DNA from: Macrostomum hystrix
Taxonomy: Eukaryota > Animalia > Platyhelminthes
Assembly (NCBI GenBank): GCA_950097015.1
Contig: CATNEN010000019.1
Span: 124,001 to 188,000 of the forward strand
Length of the DNA stretch: 64,000 bases
Reading direction: 5' to 3'
Under the pieces are notes generated by a model, which saw only the letters and a list, made by a program, of their open reading frames with translations, was not told the origin of the DNA and did not search any database. Positions 35,395-48,300 of the stretch are shown here, piece by piece. Positions within the stretch are counted from its first letter, which is position 1. Each line of letters opens with the position of its first letter. A program made the translations under genes and the position numbers.

Positions 35395-36087
35395 GCTGCT
35401 TAATGATTTCTGCAAAGTTATAGTAGCTGTCATAGTCCTTTATGGTTACTCCATACTTATGAAACCAGTGTCTTTGGAGAGCTTGATTAATATTAGGGAC
35501 ATTGATATCGACGTTGGGCCAATATTTTCTCATGTACTCGCTGCATTCTTGTTTGCATCGGTATTTACTCTTGTAATTAGGCTCATGACTTTTGTAATAA
35601 GATCCTGGAGAGACGGTTGGGAGCATTTTTAATGAGAATAAATTTTTTTTTCGGAGGATGAGCACCCTAGGTTTGGGGTCTTGAGTTTGGGGATTGGGAT
35701 TTTAGTGCTAATTTGATTGTCTTGGCACGCTTTTTGCAGCTTCGCTATTTTGTGCATGATCTCTTAGGGAGTGGCTGCGATAATTTTTTTTGTCCAAGTT
35801 CACAAACTGTAGAGACAGATTTTTTTGCGGGGGCTCTTCCTTCGGGAAGAATAAAGGTAATGGTTTGTGCATTAAGGAGGCTGCGATAATTTTTGTCCTA
35901 GATATTCAACTCACAAACTGATGTGGAATATTAAAAGTAGAGAATTTAGAATATGGAGACGGAGTTTTTTAGAGAGAGGCGGGGACCCTTTTTTTCCTGA
36001 TCTCTTCGGGAATAATAAAAGTAATGGTTTGTGGATAATGGAGGCTGCGATTATTTTTGTCCTAGAAGCCCCCTCTTGCATACTACT
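35226..36087 (-). repeat. Right terminal inverted repeat (overlaps the penton 3' end; includes the second copy of the 82-aa ORF at 35378..35626)
   Basis: Reverse complement of the left TIR, ending GCATACTACT. Confidence 0.93.
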
Positions 36088-36904
36088 CCTCTCCTCTGGC
36101 AATGTATATGTACGAGGAGCTCCAATGTATATAGTGGAGCGCCATCGTCTAGCCGACCGGCAACCAGGGCTGTCTTCGGTGCGTTGCCGTTTGAGTCACT
36201 CACCCACTTGTATCCCTTGCCGTAGCAACCAATCTCGGAGCAAGCAAGCACCTCATATTCTGGGATGGTGTGCTCCTGCCCGCCATAGGGAACGTAGGCA
36301 CCCGGATGGCCCTGTGCTATTTTAGCTGGCACCCAGTTGCCTTCGAACTTGGCGCGGCCTACGTAGATGCCCGGTGCAGCTTCAACGGCGTTCGGTGGGA
36401 TTTGTCCGCCTCTAGCTGGTTGCCAGCTTACGCAGATTTCAACACCCTTGTGAGCATGGTTCACTTTGCTCATTGTTTATGCTACAGCTTTCCTAATGCG
36501 CGAGACAACTGACTGAGCTTGTACTCGTAATTTGAGGAGAGGTGACCAAGCAGCAAGCGGCGTCTTCGCTTTGCCTTTTATGCCTGAATTTACACTGGGG
36601 TGAGTTTTGGTCGCTAACCAGTTGAGTCCAGAAATATTGCGAACTCGTCTATATTTAGACTGCCCGTGCTGCTTTTGTTAGAGTATGTTGTCCCAAAGGA
36701 ATGAAAATTTTGAATGTTTCTTTACTCTTACTTATATTTTACTAAGTACTACTTCAAAATGTATTTGCATATGACAGTTGTACTTCTAGTTGTATACGAG
36801 TATCTTATGGTGTTAGTTGTAGACTGCCTCACATTTTTTTTTAAAAATCACAATACTCAGAAATCGCACAGGGAAGTTAATTTTACTTGAACATATTCTT
36901 CTGA

Positions 36905-37090
36905 GCATAATTGGACTGGTGAATTACTTTGGAAAGTTTATTCCGAATCTGGCCAATCTGATGCACGCAATTTACTTGCTACTTCGCAAAGTAAAGGATT
37001 TTGAATGGCCAGCTGGGTGCGAATCTATATTCAAGCAATTCAAAGGTCAACATACCTCAAGCAAGGTGCTGACTCCCTTTGGCGTCACCT
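36905..37090 (+). mobile_element. Gypsy RT-RNaseH connection-domain relic
   Basis: Reads GLVNYFGKFIPNLANLMHAIYLLLRKVKDFEW...IFKQFK. Confidence 0.75.
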
Positions 37091-39326
37091 ATCGTCCTTG
37101 GCGCGTAGTGTGACAACTTCATCGAAGTCTCATTTCAGAAAGCTGCACTATTCTTTCTGGCATTTTGCAATTCAGTGCCCAAAGGTATCGCCCACATTAT
37201 ACTAGTACAAACGGGCTGCATCCCAAGCAGCTAATCAATCATTTATCCCATCAGGAAAACAAGCGCTAAATGCCAACACAGCTCACGATTGTGAGCACGC
37301 CACAGCCAAGTTAGCGCGGTCAATTCTTATAAAACGAAGACGGTGAATCGCCGATGAAAAGAACTTCAAATGTCCTAATTAAAAAGATGCACTGGTGGCA
37401 GGAAGTCGTTTACAGCTATTCGCGTTTCTAGGCACTCGTTCGTATGAAATCAAGTTCAGGTCAACAGTCCGTCATTACAATGCATTTGGTCTGTCAAGGC
37501 TGCCAGGGAATGCAGGAGCAGTTTGGTGCAGATCCGGGATATACTAATGCAGCCTTTAAACTTTCTGTTGCGTACAAAACCGCACAGCATATCGGGCAAG
37601 ACGCCAGTCGAACCTAATACAAAGTTAACCAAGGCTGGAGGGACCATTAGCTGACCCGGCGGTCAAAGCAAAGTAAAAACGGGGCCCCTAGCGCAACCCC
37701 AGGGTAAAAGAGAAGGGGCTCAGAATTCAACGCATGGTTTAGGTGCAACGGGCGCCGGTGCATGACAATAGTTTCATTCTAAACTCTGTAATAACATCAT
37801 GTATCGTAACGTACACTTTTGTAATGAAATTTTTTCTATTGCACAACTGCCTCTAATAGAGATATGATCACTCAACGGATTTGACCGTTCGGGCTAGCTT
37901 TGCCACTGCATGTGCGTTGACAAACGCAGCTAAATATGTTGGCTACAAAAACATCCCTGTTGCACATTTCACGTACATGTACATAAATAGCTGCGCAAGG
38001 GATAAATGGGAAGGCCCCCTTCGCCAGGCAAAAAATTGCCAATCAACGTTGCCCAGCGACTGTTGCTCGATGACGCGGTGGTGTTTGCGCAGCTTGCAGT
38101 TTTTTATACAAGTATTTGACAAGGATCCTAGATAGAAAAAAAATATTTAAGCTTCTACTTTTCTTATCTTCGACTAGCACAGAAAGTCTTCTCTAGTGTC
38201 GAAATGAGGCTCGAAACCATCCATCGTATCGTAAGCTTCGGCCTTTTTGCACCAAGTATCGTGGATCACGCCTGTAGTGATCCTTATATATCACGATTCG
38301 TGCTGTTCGTATATATTAACCATTATAAATCACTATGCACAAGACAATGTTAAAGACAGTGTTTTAAAACCCTAGTATAGGGCAGATAGGCTCTCATGAA
38401 ACGTACCTTAATTTCGTATTTGTCTCAAGGACCTTCGTCATGTCATATACAACGAGTAGAGGTACAGGACACGTACCGTTTCTGAGAATTATAATAATTT
38501 GAAAATGTTCGCTTTAAAAGTTCCACTTCCTCTAATGATTTTTAAGTCCTGTGCCACTCATGCTCAGCAAGGGATACTCAAGTAGTTTATTCAAAATCCA
38601 GTTTTTGTCTATACGAATGAAAGTCACACATCAATTGCCTAGCGACTCGCCACATATAAAGTTGAGGGCGCCACTGGTTTTAATTAAGGTATCGATTAAA
38701 ATCACACAATGTGAGCAATTTTGTGAAAACATTTTTCATTTTTTGTGTTTTTCAATAATTTTTTATGCATGCAGTAATTGTCTCGTGATTCGTCAGGCGT
38801 TCGTTAGGCGCCCACACTCATTGCTTTTCTGGTACTAAATCATTTTAGTCGCCGTGTGTTTATGAATAAGCGAAAAGCAAATAGATCTTGCCACAAATAG
38901 AACCAAATAGAAAGTGCCACATGGATCTAGTGACAAAGAACATGTATACTAATGGTTCATTCATTATGGGACGATTGAGTAACTGAATTCGCGCTTACTT
39001 CACATGCATTCATGAGGCATGAAAACTAAATATCGCTATTTAAAAACGCCATCGCTATTTATAGTTAACACATGGCAACTACAGCTTTCACAATGATGTT
39101 GGGCGGCAATCAGCGGCCAGTTGCGACTTCTAACATTAATGATGATGATAAAAAACTGCGAAGTGAATTAGAATTAATGTCTCAATTAGCACAGTTAAAG
39201 TTATTGGCTAAAAGTACGCATTTACGCTCGTACATGTTTAATCGAATGAGTTCCAAGACAGAGTCCACAAAGATGTTATAGTCATCTGTCTCTTTCGGCA
39301 GCAATTCAACATGCACATCGTCCAGC

Positions 39327-42300
39327 TCAGTCCACTGAAAATGGCAAAGGACGCATTATTTTCCCATAAAAGAAGTAATTAAGAAGTAAAGAAGAAATAA
39401 AATAAGTGGCACATGCAGTACTAATGAGTACTCACTGACGCGAAGATCGATTTCATAGGACAGCTCGCGCTTGCAGTTATTGACAGCCTCACAGTTGTAG
39501 ATTCCAGCCATGTCCTTGGTCAGTCTCGTGAAGTCAAGCGTGCCAAGCACAGTGTAGCTGCCGACAGAATTGCGTTTGGTGACCCGGTTGCTTTCTTCCA
39601 CGCCGACTTGGGGTAGGGCGGCCCAGTTGCGGCGCCAATTAATTGTGGGTCGGTCCATTCCCTCCGCAATGCAGGTCATGGTGACTGACTCGCCGACTCG
39701 TTTTTCCACCACTGCCCGAGCAGTTGGCATAAGAAGACGTAGACCTGTAAAAATGCAATTAGGATTCACGGATGAGGGTCAATCAGCAAAAAAGGTAAAA
39801 AAGGAAACAACTGAGACACAAAGAACACAGAAAATTATAAATTCACACGATCACTAACGCGGCCATTAAGAACTCTCACTCACACTGGCTCGGGTCGCAG
39901 ACAAGCTCCTCGGTGCCACCGTCGCAGTCACTCTCTTTATCGCACTCGTAGTTGCGCTGGATGCACTTGTCTGAGCTTCGGGGGCAGCAAGTCTCTTCTG
40001 GCCGGCACCGGGTGCAAGAGTTCTCTTTGACTGAGCGGTGTGAAAATTCGCAGTGTGGCATTCAACAGTCAGCAAAAGCGTATCATCAAGTTTAAGCAAA
40101 GATACGGGCGTAGGAAAGTTTTTATCGATTGGGAAATGGGCCGGAATTTTTCCCCTCCCCGCAACGAGCATTTCCCGCAGCAGTTTCCCTCGGCAAGCTT
40201 TCCCATCGAGATTTCCCGTCCCGGACAGTACAGTCTTTGCCCAACTTCTGGTATCTTGGCGTCGGCTAGAAATTTTCCTTGATCGATTAATTTCTAGACA
40301 GTTACGAGATGGTTCAGACTTTCGTGAGCAATGCTGCATTTAGGGAGTATGAATAGAAAACGACGAGGGTATTTGGTAGTAATGTTAGGTTTTTTAAATT
40401 ACTTCGTAGTAGTACGAGTTGCCCAGAAAAGGCACAAAAACCTCTCGAATTTGTTACGTTAATGTTATTAATGTTACATTACTTAATGTTATGCATTGTT
40501 AAGTCTGTGACGTATCGGGGCTTGGCCCAAAGTAACGAATGCGAGGCTGAGTAGCGGTAGCACTTTTCTTTGACACAGTAGAACGATGGCGGTACAACAC
40601 CGGCGATGATAGCTTCTAGTTTATTATTGATATGACTGAACTGATAGGGGTTCCGTTCGTTATCAGTCGGACCGCAATGGCAGTATTGGGAGTGCACTAG
40701 ACGGCTATGCAACAAAATAGGTAACTAAATTTAGCAATATGATGAAGTGGCGAGGATATCGATGTAGTGAAGGCTGCCCGAGCTAGGCGAGAATCCAAAT
40801 GGCGATGATACCGAACAATAAACCGAGGCGAGAGAAAGGGTGACGATACTACCGTGGCGATGAAGCGGACTGTGGCGGTGGCGTGATCGAGCAGTGGCTA
40901 TACTTCTGGCTGATGAGATACGAGACGAGAATTGGCGGAATGGAGAAGGCAGAGTGGCTCGCTACGACTCCAGAAACCTGGACAAACCCCGGGGGCAGCC
41001 AAACCAGCCTAGACTGATAACGAGCGGGCTGGGGTGGGTGCACGCGAGAAGCTTAATTTTGGCCACGCATAAAATATGCACAGCCCTCTCATTGGCTGGC
41101 ACGGAAAAACACATTGGCATTACAGCCAGGCTCAAAATTATTGATTAAATTGTACGCAGGGTCCGGTCGCGTTAAGCAAATTTAGATGAATTCGTACTCT
41201 AACGTTTACTTAATACGCTCGTAGTACCGCGTAATTGAAAGAGAAAATAATGGGTTAAATTAAACAAACGTGTTATTGTTAAAGCGGCCTCCCTCGGGGT
41301 CACCAACACCTGACAACGTCACAAGTCGCTAGTTCTTTAGACTATTGAGATATTCACTGTCCGAAGGTCGGAATTTTCCCTTAAGTGCTAGTGTATTTCA
41401 CACACCCCTATACACGAATTTGCACTGCGCCTCAGTGCGGCCTTGCCAGGCCTTCAAACTTTATCAGCTCGTCACCCGAATGTGCCTGCATCATCTCTGT
41501 CTTCGGTGGTCACCGACCTTTATCAAGATGGACTACTAGACCTTAAAGGGCTAAAAACTGTGGAAATAGGCCAATATGGACACCCTGACGCGAATTTCTC
41601 CAATTCACTGCTGAAGTCTAAATATTAGGCGCAGGCGAACCATACCACACCATCACCTAGCCTGTCAACCATTGAGTCACCATCCAACGCTGTTAGCATT
41701 CAGGCTCTGCCAAAAAATTTCAGGGGGGAATTCTCCCCTTTGTATATAAAACGGGCGGAAAAATGGCTTTGTAGTTCTACTATTAAGAGGAAACTAAACG
41801 AAATACTAATACATTTGAAATGAGACAAAGCTTACTTACAACAGAACTTAAAGTGCAGAGACAGGTTCTCGTCATAGCCGTTTCCGCAGTCGTCTTGGCC
41901 ATCACACAGCCAATGCTTGAGGACGCAGCGCTTGCTGGGGTTTTGACCATTGTGCATCTCGCACTTCACTTCGTTTGGCTCACACTCTGCGTCGGTTCGA
42001 TAATAGATATTCACATGAACTTGTGTGCAAAGCAATCATATGTAGGCAAGGTACAGCTTGATCCCCCCTATAGATCATACCTGTATCACACCTTAGTCCT
42101 GCACTCAGCTCAGTCATGCACTTAGCTAGGTCACGGTACTTATTTCTCAGTTCAGCCTGTATTCAGCTCATTCCCGTACTTAGTCCTGTCACTCAGTCTG
42201 GGTTGTTAAGTTTCCCACGCTTCTAATTTCAGCCCAATCGAGTCCACAAGTGCAGTCAGTGTACTCACTGTCGCAGTACTCAGGCCTCTCATCAGCACCG

Positions 42301-45300
42301 TCGAAACAGTCAGCATTTTTGTCACACTTCAGGCTGGAATTCTTGCAAGTCTGATCACAGACGAATTGTGCACTCGTGCAGAACTGTAGGTTGCTGACGT
42401 TTGAACTATTGAAGTTGAGTTAGGATTTGGATCGAGAAAAATGCATAATTGAATGTATACACTACAATAAATGAATGAATGAAAGGCATTCATTTTTTAC
42501 TGTAGCAAAAGGAGCACCATTACAAAAAAAATAAACATAAGTCAACGCAATATCGGACCTGAAATTGCTTCTGATTGGGCTAGTAGATCGGTAGAAACCC
42601 GCGAAGTTATAATTACAGCTATAGTTTCCACTGTCGCTAGGCCCAGCGTTTCGAAGAATGAAACGGAAAACCGTCGGGCTGACCATCTCCTGGCGCAGCT
42701 GAAGTCGTACATTATCCTTGAATAAGGACACTCCGACTGGCTGGACAGCCCAGTTAAAGGGCACTCCGTTGAACTGGCACTCCAGGGTCACGTCGCGGCC
42801 TCCAAGGAACACCAGGCGAGGAGGATTTCTCTCACCCTCCACAATCAGGTCTAATGACACTAATATATAGAGAATTTGGAGATAAAAGGAACAGTGTTTA
42901 CTCTTTCACGCGGATAAAAATGCACTAAGAGACTGGCAAAAGGTAATTTAAATCGATAAAAGACCCAGTCCTACCCATTCTAATGCTGGAATCAGTCTGT
43001 TAAGCTGAAGCAGTGAGGAAGTAAGTGTCTCGCACTATTTGACACCAAAATGTTTCTCCTGGACATGTATTTTAACCTCAGACCTGCTGGCAATGAGTCC
43101 AAAGCTAATAGCACTAGGCTGACATGCGGTGTGTGATATGGAAAGTGAGATATTACATGTACTTCATGTAGATGGTAGAGACGTACTAGTATATGCTGAT
43201 TTATATATAAGCATATACTCGCGCCTTCTCCACCGCGCTGGGCAACTCCCAAACTGCCCAGTTGCAGATGCCCAAATGCCGACATCTGCGCCGCCATTCA
43301 CTCCGCAGCGGAAAGCACGCTGCCACTCGTGCGACTCCCACAGCGCTCGCAACCAGTGTGGATGAGCGACCCAGCAATCAGAGAGGCCAAAGAGCGATTG
43401 CAACGACTTAGGAGGAGCAGGCGCGCAACAGACGAGGCAGAAAATGCTCTTGCCACTGTCTACAAAGAGCAGCAGCTGGCTGCGGTGGGCGAGGCCATCC
43501 GTGCTGTCACATCCGCCGCCCCGGACAGGAAGAGCGGCACCGTCTGGACTGCCACTAACACCCTCACGCGGGCAGGAAACAGCGCTCGGCACTTAACCTG
43601 GCTGGGGACACACCAGAGGAGCGCAAGAACAGCCTGCGGGACTTCTTCTCCAGCATAGTGAACGCGCCGCCTCCTGCACTCCCCGATGCACTCGCACTAC
43701 CACCAGGCACATCGCTGCCGCCTCCACACAAATTCTGCACCGGACATGTGACTGCAACCGACGTCTCTCAGCTCGCCAAGAACACACCAGGCGGCAAGGC
43801 TACGGGCCCCGACGAAATCCCAATCGAGGCGCTCAGAATGCCCAAGGTTGCCCAAGAGATAGCTCGGGTGATCAATGGTGTCCTCGACACAGGCATCGCA
43901 CCTCCTGAGTGGACCCGAGCCCACATCGTCGGCATCGCATCCCCAAGAAGCCGGGCACAAACAAGATCGAAGAACACCGAGGCATCTCCTTAATGTCCTG
44001 CGCCGCCAAGCTGTATAACAAGTTGCTACTGATGCGCTTGCAGCCTGTGCTGGACCCGTACCTGCGGCATGAGCAGAATAGGTTCCGGCCACGACGCGGC
44101 ACTGTCACACAAATTCTGGCGCTCCGGAGAATCATCGAGGAATCGCGCATTCGCCAATCGGACCTTTTCTGTCTGTTTGTTGACTTCCTGAAGGCTTTCG
44201 ATTTAGTGGCTCGAGGCGCGATACCACTGGTTCGCCGAGCCTACAATGTACCAGAAAAGCTGATCGCAGCAGTGATGGCGCTCTATCAAGACACGCTCGC
44301 CGTTGTGGTCACACCTGATGGCCTGTCTGACCCATTCACAACATCATCCGGAGTCCTGCAGGGAGACACCCTCGCTCCTTTCCTGTTCATCCTCATCCTG
44401 GACTGGGTGCTGCGGACAGGTCTACCGGACAACTCAGACGGCTACATCCTATGCAGGCGAACAAGCAGCCGGCACCCAGAGAAGCGACTGGCAGTCCTAG
44501 GCTACGCCGACGACCTGGCCCTGTTAGCCTCCACCGCTGAAGGTGCCCAACGCCTGCTTGACGGCCTCGCTGCTGCCGCTGCAAGGGTTGGCCTCAAAAT
44601 CAACGCCAAGAAGACGGAGGTCCTCACTGTGCCTGCCGACCTGCCAGCTGACATCCGTCTTCCCAGCATAGACAGCTCGACGGCAACATCCCTACCCCGG
44701 TGTGAGCAGTTCCGGTATCTTGGCGGTCTTGTGCCCAGTGTCCAAGAGGATTTGCAACGTCGCAGATGGCTCGCCTGGGAGGCTTTCCGCTCAGTTCGAG
44801 TCGTGCTTCAAAGCGACGCCCTGCCAGATCTGCTGAGGACCCGACTGTTCCAGGCGGTTGTGGAAACCGTGCTTTTCTACAATGCCGAAACCTGGACCAT
44901 GACGGAGGTGCTGCAACGTCAGCTGGACGCAGCTCACTCCAGCCTGCTGCGCGCTGCCTTCAGCATCCACCGCCACACCGATCATGTCACAAACCAGGCC
45001 CTCTATCAACGGGCAAAGCTGAGCCCTCCAAGCGTGATCCTGCGACAACGGCGCCTGAAGCTGACGGGTCACGCTCTCCGCGCTGAGTCCTACTGCCCGG
45101 AGCCGCTGCAGGAGGTTTTGCTGCACACGCAGCAGGGCCCATACCGGCGAGGTCAGGCGCGAACCCGGAGGTTCATCGACTGTCTGTTAGAAGACGCCAG
45201 GGCGCCCGATCAGGCAAATGGCGCTGCCTTCATCAGAGACTGCGGCAAGACGTGTTTTTTGACAATGCCCCCCTTTTCAGGCCACTTGTGGTCGGTGGAC

Positions 45301-48300
45301 ATTGTACTTATTGTATTGTATTGTATTGATTTATATGCAGATTTTCAAGCTAGATGAATACGTTACCATATAAAATATTTTTTTATGTCAAGTCGAACCG
45401 ACATTTACGAGCGATTGTTGGCGATTGTAGAGGTTTAAAGACATCCCAGAAATATTGTTTTTTGTATTCCTTCTATAAGCATTATTTTTCTTGTTAGCGT
45501 GATTGTACGAACGTACTTACCGTCAGGCGTTCCAACAGTGAGAATGTTGGATCGCAATTCCTGTCCCTCAAATGTGGCAACGCATAAGTACTGGACGAAC
45601 ATTCTGATCTTGTCAGTCCAGGTGTGATAAAAGCGGTAGGCGTTTGTGGATATAGAGCCCACTGAATTCACTTGCCACCGAAGGGAGCCATTTTCGCTCA
45701 ACACGTAGACCTTTATATCACTGTTAAAGGGCCGATCTCTCTCACATGATAGAATGTTGAACGAAGCACCAGTATTTACTACTGTCAAGGCTGAAATGGA
45801 ACGATAAGGCACATAAGAGCAGTGATTCTTGACGATAGGTGCGACATGTGGAAACTGAAAACAAAAGAGATAAGTTCTGGTGCATAGAATCGCATGTTTA
45901 AAAAGTGACAAAATAAGAAGAAAAAGCGCAAAATGGATGGATGGGAGCAAGAGAAGCAATACAGTGAACATCAGCATTAAGTTTACTTGACTGGTCACGC
46001 AGTCTCTAGAAAAAGGAAGTGTAAATTTTGCTTAGTGTAAGTAACACGTGAACACCTTCAGCATTGACTCACTTAGTTTAGGTAGGACTGTCTTGATATT
46101 GGTGTAGTCGCTGCTCCCATAGAAGTTGCACACAAGCCTGGCGTTCTCCATGTCGTTCCGCTTGCTAAAGCGCAGAGCAAGGTTGCCAACGGAATCAAAG
46201 ATTGTGGTGAACCCATCATCGGTGTAGCCGCCAAAGATTTTCAGTGGAGGTCGGCCGTCTCTATGAAGGATGAAGAAGGCCTGCTCTTTCATCGTCTTCT
46301 CCGGCAGCTGGCACACGATGTAGTTGCTTTGAGACATTGGATACAAGCCTTTGCTGTAGTCCTTAATGATAACCTCTGTTAATTTTGGTAAGGCTCCTTA
46401 TTTCCGAGTGCAAATTATTTGTGTAAAAGCATACTGTAAAGCTATTGCACCAGTTTTATACTAAGGTAGTTGACAAAGAAATCGAACATTTAGACTGATT
46501 ATTTCAAATGAGTCAGAGCACTGATTTACCTCCATAGTTGACGCTGATCTTTACTGTGTGGTTGATATTGTCCTTGTCGCACTTGTAGTAGCCGGAATAT
46601 TTAGGCATCATGCGCGGAATATTAAGCGTAGACAAAGTTGCCAGGTACTTGATCTCCAGTTCCGGTGGCGCGTCAACTACCGGGCTGTATGAGTCTGAAC
46701 CGTCGGCCTTAAACATCCAGTTGGGCTGTTTGATGACTGTTGTGGATCCGTTACCGTGGCACTCTAGTGTGATTGGCGCTAGGTAGCGAACATTATACGG
46801 TAGGGGCGTATTCTCGTAGTTCGATGCCCGCACGGGACCTTTAAAAGCATTGAAAAGGATGGATCAAAGATGGTGTCCGTGATCAAAACAGTTAGGACAC
46901 ATTTTAGAAAGTCCGTGATTAAGTTTTAATTAAGAAATCGTCTGATAAAATATTTACTCACGAATTTGCAGATTCTCTGAGTACATGGCCCAACTGTACT
47001 GTATATTCTCCGGGTTGCGCCGACTGTAACACCGGTAGATAGTGAATCCCTTACCGTGCTCGCGGGACAGGGCAGTGTAGGTCATGCGCACTATGCGGCC
47101 CTCAGATGAGTATTCAAAGAGACCAGAGTTGTCGCGGTAGCTGCTCAATGAGATGGGAGTGCAGGGAGTGCAGTGTGTGTGATTTGCCATTTTAGCATAT
47201 TCAGAGAAGTGATACAATCTGGGAGACTTAAAGTGCCAAAGCAGCAGAGAAGATTGATTCGATAGAAAGGATTTTCAGATCAGATAAGAGAGGAAAAAAG
47301 TTTTTAACTAAAATACTATACAATGAATGTGTAGACAGAGCCAGAGATTAAAAAACGTATAGAAGAACAACATAGCTCGTACTCGTATATTAAAGGAAAG
47401 CTTTTCGGCATCGAAATTCGGACTTCTGTGCAAGACTCACGATTCCCAGACGAGATCATTGCTTTCAGGAACTCGGCAATAGGATTCGAACACGTCCTCG
47501 CCATGGGCAGTTCCGACGCGCTTGATGTCACTGTTGGGAATCTGATCCTGGCTTGGCTCTAGGAATGGGCAATGTACAGAATGACACGGCGGCTGAAAAT
47601 TCCGTACATTATAAAGCATTCAGAACAAACAATATAATCAGCTTTACGCTTGGCTGAGTCATTGACAGCCGAAATGAGTAATCACAGTGCTTAAAACTTG
47701 AGGAGCTCCTGCGAAAATCTCGGTGGACCATAGAATTAAACTATATCGATCCACATAGCGCTGATGCCATGAAAGCTACACCTGAGCGTCAACTGAGCTC
47801 GGAGCGTACAGACACTCGTACTTTCTACTCGTTAACCTTGACCATTCCATGCGAATTTCAGTCCCCAAAAGCGTTTGAACGTGTGCCCACCAGCAATATG
47901 GGCAGGCAGGCAGGCAAAATATTAAATGGACATTTCAGTAAGGCGTCAGCCCATGAATTCGTCTTGCTGTTGACCTGGTTGCAGCGATTCACTTCCTCCA
48001 AACTAAACATTCCCCCCCACCATGGGATTTAACTTACCCTAAATAAATCCCTAAACAAGCAACTAATCTCCTATGGATCTCCAAAAACATTCCGCCCAAA
48101 AATCGGGTAACTAAAAGTTAGTATTCTTGCGCGACTGGGAAGCGAGTTTTTCTACAGAAACTTCGTGAGTTACCATGCAGCATATGAGCACTACAAAATG
48201 TTTGTAACAGACCAAACAGCAGTTCAGCAGTCTGTGGGCTCTATTGAAATACTTGCAACTCACTTTCCGTCAAAACGATAGAATATGCGTTTACATTGCC

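Larger units (their letters stand above)
21151..36087. mobile_element. Maverick/Polinton (adintovirus-like endogenous virus), 14,937 bp, near complete
   Basis: AGTAGT...ACTACT termini, long TIRs, 6-bp TSD CCTCTC (21145..21150 and 36088..36093), and the full set of hallmark genes. Confidence 0.97.
20892..36473 (-). pseudogene. DM9-repeat (DUF3421) protein gene interrupted by the Polinton; exons 36089..36473 and 20892..21008
   Basis: Exon 1 has DM9 motifs (WQPARGGQIPPNAV, IYVGRA, GAYVPYGGQEH, YEVL). Exon 2 (VNGSMCVGKIH...AYFPWGGKEH..YEVL) follows a TTTCAG acceptor. Removing the Polinton and a 25-nt insertion rebuilds PLYIARGE|VNGS with a 137-nt GT-AG intron (158 aa). Functional status unclear. 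Confidence 0.88.

Noticed and set aside
38160-38250. Hairpin plus ATGAGG...CGAAAC resembling a hammerhead ribozyme or Penelope end
   Set aside because: The canonical CTGANGA core and three-stem pairing could not be established by eye; a covariance-model search is needed.
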